A DNA stretch of 64,000 nucleotides. It comes from an uncultured Bacteroidales bacterium (lineage in GTDB: Bacteria; Bacteroidota; Bacteroidia; Bacteroidales; VadinHA17). Position numbers and translations under genes: made by a program. The notes beneath the pieces are model-generated. The model did no database searches and was not told the DNA's origin. It was given only the letters and a program-made list of their open reading frames with translations. The DNA lies in assembly GCA_963831855.1 (NCBI GenBank), contig CAWHSA010000002.1, positions 635,656-699,655 of the forward strand, written 5' to 3'. Shown here one piece after another: positions 48,857 through 57,683 of this stretch (its first letter is position 1; each line of letters opens with the position of its first letter).

Positions 48857-50892
48857 TGTATTGTTTGTCTCAGAGTGTTGTATTGAGAAGAGGAATGACC
48901 GTTTCGAGATAGGTGGAATCTTCCTTGCTTATTGCTCTTTTTCATTGCTTCTTCGGCTGGTCCCCAGGTGTCGGTCCCGTCTTTCAGCGGAAATATTTTA
49001 GTAAAATCCCCTTTATAGATCATATACACAATATTCACCCTTTCATCGACTTTCATAACCTCCTTGTCGAACTTATTCCTTTGTGCGGGTGATTTAGAGT
49101 AAGCTGTATTTACTTTCTCAGAGAGTTTGTACGCCCCGTCACCACCTATATTGACCAGGTCCGAAAATGAAGCAAGTTTACCACTGATCCCTACCTCTCT
49201 CTGAAGGTCCTTATTTGAGACTTTTATCAGAGGGACATCTTTCCAGTCGTTGAAATCGAGATATATTCCCAGGAAAACCTGCATAGGAGTGAAACCATTG
49301 AGCTTATTTTCTCCTGATACCTTTCTTAATATATCGCTGCTTAATGTAAAAAGTGGTTTTGTTCTTCCCTTCTGATCCTGAACCAGTACTTTTCCAAACT
49401 CCTCAGAACTCTCCTTTCCCGGAATGAATTTCTGGGCATTTGCGTTATTCAGACCAGAAAGCATAAATATTAAAGCAATTGCTGTTACAATCTTCCGGAG
49501 GGAAGATGACCATGCACCTGCGGTTATACTCCTGAATTGGGAGCTTTTGATTATCAGGGAAAGGATTATGAAGAGGAATAAACACAGGTATCCGGAATAA
49601 GAAACCAGCATTCCGGCCATATCATGATTGACTGAAAGTATTGTTCCTTTTTCATCACCGTCATAAGATGACTGGTAAAAACGGTATCCCCTGTATTTTA
49701 GAATATTGTTCATATAAACGCTGAAAGGCTTCTCGACACCTTTAGGAGTGTCAAGGAGAACGACGTCGCTTTTATAGCCCGACGGACTGTTTGAACCCGG
49801 ATATCTTTCAAGGATAAAATCATTCAGCCTGAGACTGAAGGGAAGTTTAGTGACTTTTGATCCGTAGGTCACCTCAAAGTTCAGTCCGTCAACCGAACAT
49901 GATGCAGCGGCAACAGGTTCAGCATCACTTGTCCAGAGGTAAAAGGATTGTGACCGTGTTGCTCCGAAAATATGAAAAACCAGTGCATTCTGACCCGTTT
50001 CCTGTTCAGCCGGGTCGAATGAAACTGCTTTTACCGTACCGGCGACTGACATTTTCTGGGGAACGATCCTGAGATCATTGACAGTAAGCAACTGCATGGT
50101 TTTCAAAGGAATTCTGATGCCCGGTAATGTTGTATCGGTCTCCTGTGTCATCATGCTCATTCTTCCAATCGGGTATTTTGAGCTGATATAAAAAGCAGCG
50201 GAATCAAGAGTTATTTTCACATCGGTTTCCACCTCAGCATCAAATCCTATGGAAATCCCCTGGACAGTTTTAGATTCTCCTTTTGAAATTGTCACAGTTT
50301 CCCTTCTCATCATATCCCTCGTTACCAGCAGGGATGCTACCGGAACTCCTGACGGATCATCGGTAACTGATTCTCCGGCATTGGGTATTACCCTTGCAAG
50401 CGCCAGCTGATATGTCTTATTGCCGGCATTGATATCTTTTTTGAAATTAGCAGGTGATCCGGAAGATATCGTAAACTTTTTTGAGAATCCGGCGATTGAA
50501 TTCCCTGCTTCATTTTTAACTGTAAGTCCGATATACTTATCTCCGGAGTAACAAATATCCGATACCTGTCCTTCCCGTATATGAATTGTCCCCTCCCATC
50601 CGGTGTATCTTGTGATCCCTGCCCCTGTTATCATCAGGATAAATGCAAGGTGGAAAAGAGCTACAGGAAGTTTGGCCTTCCTGAACATTTTGAAGATAAC
50701 AAGCTGGCCGATCAGATTAGCAACAAGAAGGAGCAGAATCAGCTCAAACCATTTTGTATTATATACCTTAGCATAAGCGGCTCCGGCGCCAAAATCGTTT
50801 TCGATGAAAGTAGCGACCGCCATTGAAACAGCAAAAAATGCAAATAATCCACCCATAAATACCGGGGTGAAAAGGAACTTGAGATACTTCAT
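48853..50892 (-). CDS. ccsB: Cytochrome c biogenesis protein ResB/CcsB (system II)
   Basis: 679 aa with N-terminal TM helices, a large periplasmic domain and a late TM. It sits directly upstream of ccsA and is translationally coupled to it. Confidence 0.8.
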   Translation of the reverse strand: MKYLKFLFTPVFMGGLFAFFAVSMAVATFIENDFGAGAAYAKVYNTKWFELILLLLVANLIGQLVIFKMFRKAKLPVALFHLAFILMITGAGITRYTGWEGTIHIREGQVSDICYSGDKYIGLTVKNEAGNSIAGFSKKFTISSGSPANFKKDINAGNKTYQLALARVIPNAGESVTDDPSGVPVASLLVTRDMMRRETVTISKGESKTVQGISIGFDAEVETDVKITLDSAAFYISSKYPIGRMSMMTQETDTTLPGIRIPLKTMQLLTVNDLRIVPQKMSVAGTVKAVSFDPAEQETGQNALVFHIFGATRSQSFYLWTSDAEPVAAASCSVDGLNFEVTYGSKVTKLPFSLRLNDFILERYPGSNSPSGYKSDVVLLDTPKGVEKPFSVYMNNILKYRGYRFYQSSYDGDEKGTILSVNHDMAGMLVSYSGYLCLFLFIILSLIIKSSQFRSITAGAWSSSLRKIVTAIALIFMLSGLNNANAQKFIPGKESSEEFGKVLVQDQKGRTKPLFTLSSDILRKVSGENKLNGFTPMQVFLGIYLDFNDWKDVPLIKVSNKDLQREVGISGKLASFSDLVNIGGDGAYKLSEKVNTAYSKSPAQRNKFDKEVMKVDERVNIVYMIYKGDFTKIFPLKDGTDTWGPAEEAMKKSNKQGRFHLSRNGHSSSQYNTLRQTIQ

Positions 50893-50927
50893 CTAAAAAA
50901 TAAGTTTGATTTATAATTAATTGACTT

Positions 50928-51623
50928 TTAACCTTTTTCTGAAATTTCAGCAAGTTTATCCCTGTCAAGGATTTTTATTCTTGATGATTCAGAGTAAATA
51001 ACGCCTGAATCTTCAAAATCTTTCATGATCCTTACAACGCTCTCTTTTGCCATATTTGTATAATCACCTATTTCCTGGCGGGAAAGTATTAAATCAAATT
51101 CATCTGCACCAAATATTTCATCAGCAAAATAAAGAAACGCTTCGGCCAGTCGTCCGGGCATTTTCTTCTGGGCGAGGTTAACCATCCTGTAATGTGTTCT
51201 CAGCGATTTAGCACTGATATCTATCAGCATGCCTTCTGCAAATTTGCCGTTTACTTTTACCAGATAGCGGAAAACCTCAAAACCGATAAAGCATGCCTGG
51301 ACTGGTGTAAGTGCCGAGGCTGAATAGGTATGCCTGGAATTGACATAAGCACCGGGTCCGATAATCAATCTGCCGGGTTTTGCAATGCTCATTATAAAAT
51401 TCTTTCCGCTAATGCCTTCAATATAAATTTTAGCCATTCCTGAAGAGAGGAACAGTGCGTTTGAGGAAGGGGAACCCTGTTTCATAATCATCTCACCTGC
51501 CTTAAAGCTGGCCTCATACCTGTGTTCATTTACGTACTGTAATTCGCTGTTTGTCAGATATTGAAAATTTTTCCACCTCCTGGTACAGGTTTCGCAGCTA
51601 CCGATTGTATTTTTATCCGGCAT
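50928..51623 (-). CDS. Crp/Fnr-family transcriptional regulator
   Basis: cNMP-binding-like beta-barrel (..FKAGEMIMKQGSP...LFLSSGMAKIY..) and a C-terminal HTH (SRQEIGDYTNMAKESVVRIMKDFE). N-terminal CETC cysteine pair. Confidence 0.85.
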   Translation of the reverse strand: MPDKNTIGSCETCTRRWKNFQYLTNSELQYVNEHRYEASFKAGEMIMKQGSPSSNALFLSSGMAKIYIEGISGKNFIMSIAKPGRLIIGPGAYVNSRHTYSASALTPVQACFIGFEVFRYLVKVNGKFAEGMLIDISAKSLRTHYRMVNLAQKKMPGRLAEAFLYFADEIFGADEFDLILSRQEIGDYTNMAKESVVRIMKDFEDSGVIYSESSRIKILDRDKLAEISEKG

Positions 51624-51699
51624 TTTTATTGGTTGAGAGGTTAAAAATGTTCATTAAATTCGCAAATTACCTCAAAACTAATAAATATCATATTATTAA

Positions 51700-51713
51700 T
51701 TGATATATATCAC
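51700..51713. promoter_or_regulatory. Candidate Crp/Fnr box TTGATATATATCAC in the divergent regulator/cytochrome intergenic region
   Basis: 9/10 match to the FNR-type consensus TTGAT-N4-ATCAA. It lies 77 bp upstream of the crp/fnr start and 121 bp upstream of the six-haem cytochrome ATG. A second TTGAT..ATCAA-like sequence follows at about 51723-51738. Confidence 0.4.
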
Positions 51714-51833
51714 CAGAGGTTGATCTATCAATCAATGCTTAATATTGCATTTAGCATGTCGGCTGTTAATTAATTAACACCTGCATTTTGTAGCTTGCTG
51801 TCCTAAAGAATCAAAAAAATAAAAGATCATACC

Positions 51834-53153
51834 ATGAAACCTGATTTAAAATTATTAACTGCTTTAATTCTTGCCGGCTTCATACTTGCGTCATGTGAAG
51901 GTCCCCGGGGACTAACTGGTGATTCGGGGCAAGACGGAATAGACGCCAATGAGACCTGCAAAGCCTGCCATAATCCAACCGTTGTTGATGCAAAGGCAAC
52001 CCAATATGAGTTATCGAAACACTCTTATGGTGAAGCTGCCTTTGAAGAAGCAGGAAGTACTTCATGTGGTCCATGCCACGAATCTGAGGCATTTAAATAT
52101 GTCAGTAAGAATAATACTCCGGCAACATTTACTCTTGCATCAGGTAAATACTCAAATGATTACATGGTCCCTATAGATAAAGCCTATGGTGAAATTAACT
52201 GTTTCACCTGCCATAGCAGTTTGCATACCACATATGAGGAATCAGATTTTTTCCCGCTTACCACAACTGCGGCAGTTTCAATGACAATGTGGAAAGGCCT
52301 TAAAAGCATAAATATTACCCAGGATGACGGCAAATCAAATTTATGTATCAAATGCCATCAGCCACGTCCGTTGACAACCAGTACAACACTTTCAAATGGT
52401 GATGTTGTTGATTATGCTTCATTAGCCAGCAGTCCCACTACAGTGTTTTACGATAACGCAGCAGGAAATGCCGCACCAAACAAAGTTGTTCCTTCATACA
52501 GATTTCATGTCCATTATGGAACTGTCGGTGCAATTTTTGCCGGTAAAGGTGGGATTGAATTTACCGGATCTCAGACCTATTCAAACTCAGCTCATACAAC
52601 TGTAGCTTCCTGCGGTGATTGCCATATGGCTTCAATGTCAGGCAACGCCGGAGGGCACTCGTTCAAGGCAAAGGGAAATTTTACCAGCTGCAATACGATC
52701 GGATGTCATTCATCGCCTATAACTTCGTCATCCACAACATTCTGGAAGACCACAAGGGATGAGGTAAAATTGTTACTTGACAATCTATCTACAAAAATAA
52801 ATGCAGTAGGTGCGCCAACAGCGAGTATTCTTCATTCAGATTCCAATTCCGAGAGTAACCTCTGGGCAGGTCTTACAACAGGTAACTGGGATGGTTACCT
52901 TGATATTTATGATCCTTCATCAAATCCTGCAGGAGTATGGAAAAATCCTGCACCATCAAACAGCTGGACTGCCGCACAGAAAGCTGCAAACAATCTTCTT
53001 CCCACCTTCCCAAGCTTAAAGAATGGCGTCCTGGGTGCTATGATAAACTTCCAGATGTGCCTGCGGGAATACAGCCTTGGAATTCATAATTACAAGTATA
53101 CTAAGGCATTATTGCAGAACAGCATTGAAGCATTGACTGCGCTTGGGTACTAA
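51834..53153 (+). CDS. Multihaem c-type cytochrome lipoprotein (5 CxxCH + 1 CX4CH)
   Basis: Lipobox LILASC followed by five Gly-X-Y triplets (GPRGLTGDSGQDGID). Haem motifs CKACH, CGPCH, CFTCH, CIKCH, CGDCH and CNTIGCH. Confidence 0.85.
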   Translation: MKPDLKLLTALILAGFILASCEGPRGLTGDSGQDGIDANETCKACHNPTVVDAKATQYELSKHSYGEAAFEEAGSTSCGPCHESEAFKYVSKNNTPATFTLASGKYSNDYMVPIDKAYGEINCFTCHSSLHTTYEESDFFPLTTTAAVSMTMWKGLKSINITQDDGKSNLCIKCHQPRPLTTSTTLSNGDVVDYASLASSPTTVFYDNAAGNAAPNKVVPSYRFHVHYGTVGAIFAGKGGIEFTGSQTYSNSAHTTVASCGDCHMASMSGNAGGHSFKAKGNFTSCNTIGCHSSPITSSSTTFWKTTRDEVKLLLDNLSTKINAVGAPTASILHSDSNSESNLWAGLTTGNWDGYLDIYDPSSNPAGVWKNPAPSNSWTAAQKAANNLLPTFPSLKNGVLGAMINFQMCLREYSLGIHNYKYTKALLQNSIEALTALGY

Positions 53154-53172
53154 CTGAAAATATTTGTGTAAT

Positions 53173-53310
53173 AAAGAGGATGTCTCAAAAGTCTGTTCTT
53201 TACCCCCAAACCCCCCGAGGGGGGCTTAGTAAATATCTGTAAATCAATAAGTCCCCCCTGGGGGATTTAGGGGTGGTGGATCAGGAAATGCCTTTTGAGA
53301 CATCCTCTTT
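53173..53310. mobile_element. 138-bp MITE-like palindromic element (19-bp perfect terminal inverted repeats)
   Basis: AAAGAGGATGTCTCAAAAG (53173-53191) and CTTTTGAGACATCCTCTTT (53292-53310) flank 100 bp containing homopolymer hairpins CCCCCCGAGGGGGG and TCCCCCCTGGGGGA. No ORF. Confidence 0.45.
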
Positions 53311-53385
53311 TTATTATCAGGGGACGTGCAATAATAAAGGAGCTTTTGAGATTATCCGCTTCTTTATTAATCTTCCTTCTGAAAT

Positions 53386-53781
53386 TTATTTTTTGAGACT
53401 CCTCATATAGTTGATAAGATTCCAGATATCCTCATCGGGGATTTTACCCTCATATTTAGGCATTTCGCCATTCCCGAATTTTGTTTCATAGAAATGTTCG
53501 CCATCGGACTGATTCTGGAATTCGGCTTTTGAAAAGTCACCCGGGAATTCCTTCAGTGCCCTTGCCTTAACACCATCACCAAGCCCTGCTTTGCCGTGGC
53601 ATGATGCGCAGTTCTTCGTCCAGAGTGCTGCCCCTGCCTTTGTACTTGCGTCGCTCAAAGCAACAGGATTTTTCTTTGTTTTATATTCAGCAGGGACATT
53701 AAAGGGTTTTTTCTGTGCAACCACTGCAACGCTCAGGACTACCATCACAGAGCTGACCAAAAAGAGTTTCATTGTTTTCAT
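53386..53781 (-). CDS. Secreted monohaem class-I c-type cytochrome
   Basis: Signal peptide MKTMKLFLVSSVMVVLSVAVVA|QKK, haem motif CASCHG, distal Met region (GEMPKY). Start set at MKTMK; the track ORF starts at 53814. Confidence 0.85.
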   Translation of the reverse strand: MKTMKLFLVSSVMVVLSVAVVAQKKPFNVPAEYKTKKNPVALSDASTKAGAALWTKNCASCHGKAGLGDGVKARALKEFPGDFSKAEFQNQSDGEHFYETKFGNGEMPKYEGKIPDEDIWNLINYMRSLKK

Positions 53782-53830
53782 AATAAATATGGTTTTAGTA
53801 AGACATAAATGCAATTATCGTGCAAATCTT

Positions 53831-54745
53831 TCAATTGAGTAAGTTTTCTTTTTTTGGTTTTTTAGGCTTTGCATCAATTTTTATGAGTATCAGGCTTATA
53901 ATAGCAAAAAGGTAATGTCCCCATACTCCTGCAAGGAGAATAGAGAGAGTGACAATCATCCAGGTTGGCGGCGTCTTGGTCCAGAGCGCCCTGTGCGTTT
54001 TGGGAACTGAGTAAGAAGTAGGAACACCCCATTTCCGGTTAACACTTTTTTCAACAGTTCCATAAGTCGGATTATCTTCAAAACGTGCAATTATTTTAAG
54101 GTTCCCTTCATTATCACCCGGCAGGTCCGACGGGAACTCAACCGAAACGGTACCATTATCATCAAGGGTGACTTCGGCAACCGGAAGAAGGCTGAACATT
54201 CTTGGAACATAAATCATTACTGATTCACCTGCAGCAGGAATATTCCTCTTTCCCATCAAGGCATATGCTTTCAGGGTGATAGTTTTAACACTGTCCATCT
54301 CCTCGAGAGTCATTTCAAGCTGAACATCCTTAACCTGTAATTCGGAAGTTGAGGCTTCAATTGTATCATTTCCTTTGTATTCAGAAACAAAAAACAATTG
54401 CCCTTCACTGTTAACAGGCAGTTTACTGATATTGTTTACCGGAATGTTTGCGATTCCTTTTTCATCGGTACGGACAGAAGCCAGGAGATCTTTCTTTACT
54501 CCATCAGAATAGAAATTTATTTCCATCCCCGGTAGAGGTAATTCCATTCTGTTCTCCGAATAGGTAAGAGTAGCTTTCAAAGAAGACTGATTATCGTTAT
54601 CTTTAAAGTACTGGAGCTGAAAATAAGGACTTATTTTACCGGTTTCCTGAGAAAATGAGGAAACAGACAGAGGCGATGCAAGGAACAGGAGGAAAAGTAA
54701 TTTAATAATTTTTTTTATCCGGAATCTCATAGTCTTACCTGTCAT
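53831..54745 (-). CDS. Secreted beta-sandwich-repeat protein with C-terminal TM anchor (unknown function)
   Basis: Signal peptide ..SVSSFS|QE, then two CarboxypepD_reg/Ig-like-looking segments (..DEKGIANIPV.., ..DDNGTVSVEFP..) and a TM helix WMIVTLSILLAGVWGHYLFAIISLILI. The start overlaps the NrfD-like stop by 4 nt. Confidence 0.55.
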   Translation of the reverse strand: MTGKTMRFRIKKIIKLLFLLFLASPLSVSSFSQETGKISPYFQLQYFKDNDNQSSLKATLTYSENRMELPLPGMEINFYSDGVKKDLLASVRTDEKGIANIPVNNISKLPVNSEGQLFFVSEYKGNDTIEASTSELQVKDVQLEMTLEEMDSVKTITLKAYALMGKRNIPAAGESVMIYVPRMFSLLPVAEVTLDDNGTVSVEFPSDLPGDNEGNLKIIARFEDNPTYGTVEKSVNRKWGVPTSYSVPKTHRALWTKTPPTWMIVTLSILLAGVWGHYLFAIISLILIKIDAKPKKPKKENLLN

Positions 54746-56049
54746 TTTAGAATTTCAACGTTATCCTTTTCATGCATTTCCGATATAGAAATAATCGGTG
54801 CAATTTTTGAGACAAGCATAAAAAGCATAGCAAATATTGATACACCTGCCATAGTAAGGGCCCACTCAATCCATGTCGGAGTATATTTTATCCAGTCGGG
54901 CCTGATATCCTGAATCGGAAGAAATGGAGTCTCAAGTGTTGGAATAACAATTATATAGCGGTTTACCCACAGGGCCAGAAGTGCAATAATTGCAGCAATT
55001 GTTATGTTTGGAATAGTCCTGAATTTAGGAACAGCAATTATTATTCCCGGCAAAAGGATCCCTATATAATTAGCAAAAATAAAGAGCCCGTAGTAATCAC
55101 TGAAAAGCTTATCAATAAGAATGGAGTCCATCTTTATTGATCCGTACCATTTTGTCAGGTAATCGCTGAAGGTGAAATATCCATAGAAAGCTGCTATTAC
55201 TGTCAGAAGTACGCCAACATTTACAAAATGGCGTTTGGTGATATACTCTTCAAGATGGTAGACCTTCCGGAATATCCACATCAGAATTATAAGTAGTCCT
55301 GTACCTGAAAAAACTGCTGCAATAACAAAGTACGGACCAAAAATCGTTGAATGCCATCCTGGCTGGAGTGTAACTCCAAAAATCCATGCCAGCACAGAAT
55401 AAACGATAATTGCAATTGCGATAATCATTGATGCCATAATCGTTCTGGCATTTGACAACAGCTTATGCTGCTTTTCCGTTCCGGTATAACCGAGCGACAG
55501 GATCTTATAAAGTTTCTTTTTCCAGGGCGCTACATTTAGTGCGGCATAATCACGGAGTATTGCAAAATCTTCAATGAATGAAAGATAAAGGTAAATAAAA
55601 CATCCTACGAGGTCAGTAGATATTGCAATTACGTCCCAGGTAATAGGTGATTGAATTCTTGGATGAATGAACAGAAAATAAAGTCTGTCAAGCCTTCCGA
55701 TGCAAAAGAAAATAAAAAATGGTCCGATTACCAGGGAGATGACTGTTATAAGTTCTGCCATTCTTATTACCGGCTTTCTCCAGCCCGTATGGAACAGATG
55801 CAACACCCCGGAAATAAGTGCTCCCGAATAACTCAGTCCCATAAAGAAAATGAAGTTTACGATATAAAAACCCCAAACGACATTATCTCGCATCCCCGTT
55901 ACAATATGACCTTTATCGATCTGGAGAATTAATCCGTATACTCCCAGTACAAAAAAAGCAAAAAAGATAAAGAAAGTTACCCACCATTTAGTGGATGTCT
56001 TCTCCAGCTCCGGAGTCAGGTCCTTTATAATTTTATCATCAATCTGCAT
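54742..56049 (-). CDS. NrfD/PsrC-family polytopic membrane quinol-interacting subunit
   Basis: 435 aa with about 10 TM helices. Its position immediately after a Tat-dependent 4-cluster ferredoxin fits the NrfCD/PsrBC/ActBC arrangement. Confidence 0.75.
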   Translation of the reverse strand: MQIDDKIIKDLTPELEKTSTKWWVTFFIFFAFFVLGVYGLILQIDKGHIVTGMRDNVVWGFYIVNFIFFMGLSYSGALISGVLHLFHTGWRKPVIRMAELITVISLVIGPFFIFFCIGRLDRLYFLFIHPRIQSPITWDVIAISTDLVGCFIYLYLSFIEDFAILRDYAALNVAPWKKKLYKILSLGYTGTEKQHKLLSNARTIMASMIIAIAIIVYSVLAWIFGVTLQPGWHSTIFGPYFVIAAVFSGTGLLIILMWIFRKVYHLEEYITKRHFVNVGVLLTVIAAFYGYFTFSDYLTKWYGSIKMDSILIDKLFSDYYGLFIFANYIGILLPGIIIAVPKFRTIPNITIAAIIALLALWVNRYIIVIPTLETPFLPIQDIRPDWIKYTPTWIEWALTMAGVSIFAMLFMLVSKIAPIISISEMHEKDNVEILK

Positions 56050-56074
56050 TTCCCCTGGATTTTATCAGTTCACA

Positions 56075-57040
56075 TCATCGTGGACCCGTATTATTATATC
56101 TCTTTTTAATGGATTCGTCATTATCTTCCAGTCCGCTTTCAACAGGAAACTGCCTTTGGACGGGAGGAAGGTAGTATACACTTGGAAGTGTTCCAAGCTC
56201 TTCCCTGTATCTGTATCCGGCCCTGTCAGTCATCAGTTTGCTGAACCTGACTGTTTCATCACCGTTTGTTATTGTATCTTCAAGAATATCACCAAAATAC
56301 AGCACGCCCATTGGACAAGCGGTTACGCATCTGGGCAATTCATTATTCCTGAGCTTATCGGCACAAAAAACACATTTGCCCACTGTTCCTTCAACCTGAG
56401 GAATATTAGTTTCGGGATCATAAACATGGCCGGGAGGTACTTTGACTTCCGGGTCTTTCCAGTTGAAGACCCTTGCAGAATAGGGACAGCCGGTCATACA
56501 AAACTTGCAACCGATACATCTCTGGTTATCGACCAGTACAATACCATCATCTCTTTTGAAAGTTGCTCCTACCGGGCAAACGCTGACGCACATCGGCTTG
56601 TCGCAATGGAAGCATGGACGAGGGAACCAGTATTTAGCTGTGTCTTTGTCATCCTGAAGGAGGAATAATTTCATCCATTCCTGGTCTTTTGGAAGAAGGT
56701 GACCTTCCTGGCAAGCATCGATACATTTCCGTGCATTTTTACATTTTGCCAGGTCGATAACCATTACAAACTTCCGGCCGGGGATTCCTTTTTTTGCCTC
56801 TGCCTTAAGCTCAGCAACACTTTTCTTTCCAGGCAGAATATCGTCCCTGTCAACTTCAACCAGCTTGCCTTCCGGGGAAAGCAGCTTCACCGTCTTACCT
56901 GATTTTGATTTTCCGGAATTACCATTAGTTACAGTACCAGAGAGTCCGGCAAGGGTAACACCTCCAATCCCGCCACCAACCCTCCTGATGAAATTACGCC
57001 TGGAAGATTTCCCCTGATTATCCTGATTTTTCTCTTTCAT
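56075..57040 (-). CDS. Tat-exported 4x[4Fe-4S] ferredoxin-type subunit (NrfC/DmsB/PsrB family)
   Basis: Twin-arginine signal SRRNFIRRVGGG. Cys clusters CKNARKCIDAC, CFHCDKPMCVSVCP, CIGCKFCMTGCP and CVFCADK...CVTACP. Confidence 0.88.
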   Translation of the reverse strand: MKEKNQDNQGKSSRRNFIRRVGGGIGGVTLAGLSGTVTNGNSGKSKSGKTVKLLSPEGKLVEVDRDDILPGKKSVAELKAEAKKGIPGRKFVMVIDLAKCKNARKCIDACQEGHLLPKDQEWMKLFLLQDDKDTAKYWFPRPCFHCDKPMCVSVCPVGATFKRDDGIVLVDNQRCIGCKFCMTGCPYSARVFNWKDPEVKVPPGHVYDPETNIPQVEGTVGKCVFCADKLRNNELPRCVTACPMGVLYFGDILEDTITNGDETVRFSKLMTDRAGYRYREELGTLPSVYYLPPVQRQFPVESGLEDNDESIKKRYNNTGPR

Positions 57041-57053
57041 TCCTTTCCTTCAA

Positions 57054-57671
57054 TTAATGATCTTCTGATTCATGGTAACCAGTTATGATACCCCTGAAAA
57101 GAGAAGAAGCTCTTGATCCCAGTGTGCACGTATAGATATGGATTACTAAAAAGACCGAAACAAAGAATCCGAGTGTTATGTGCAATATATCTGTCAGTAT
57201 CAGCCCGCTTACTCCGAATATCCTGTCAATTATGGTTTCGGGGAACATCAGTCCAAGTCCTGAAATAATAAGTAAAGGAAGGGCTACATACATTGCAAGG
57301 ACATATGAAAATTTCTGAAGCGGATTGAATTTCCGTTCCAATGTTACAGGAAACGGGTGTTTTTCTCCCCTGAACATGCCCCAGGCATAATATCTGAATT
57401 GCTTCCCAAGATCTGATATGAAATCTTTTTTACTGATCCTGTAATATTTACCATTGCCGGTAAAAAGATTCGCAACTACAAAAACTATATAATTAATTGT
57501 AATAATGGTCGCTGCTATATTATGCCACTTGACAGCTCTTGAAAATCCCACGAGAAGTGTATATTCCTGCTTATCGGTATACTGCATGCTGATCCCGGTA
57601 ATAATAAGAACTATTACCAGCAAAGCATTTAACAAATGCCACAATCTGACCCAAACCGGATATAGATACAT
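57054..57671 (-). CDS. Dihaem b-type cytochrome membrane subunit (HyaC/FdnI/PhsC-like cytochrome b561 family)
   Basis: 205 aa with 4-5 TM helices and conserved His residues in helices (RLWHLLNA, VKWHNIAA, DILHITLG, VIHIYTC). Confidence 0.7.
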   Translation of the reverse strand: MYLYPVWVRLWHLLNALLVIVLIITGISMQYTDKQEYTLLVGFSRAVKWHNIAATIITINYIVFVVANLFTGNGKYYRISKKDFISDLGKQFRYYAWGMFRGEKHPFPVTLERKFNPLQKFSYVLAMYVALPLLIISGLGLMFPETIIDRIFGVSGLILTDILHITLGFFVSVFLVIHIYTCTLGSRASSLFRGIITGYHESEDH

Positions 57672-57683
57672 TTTGCCAAAAAT

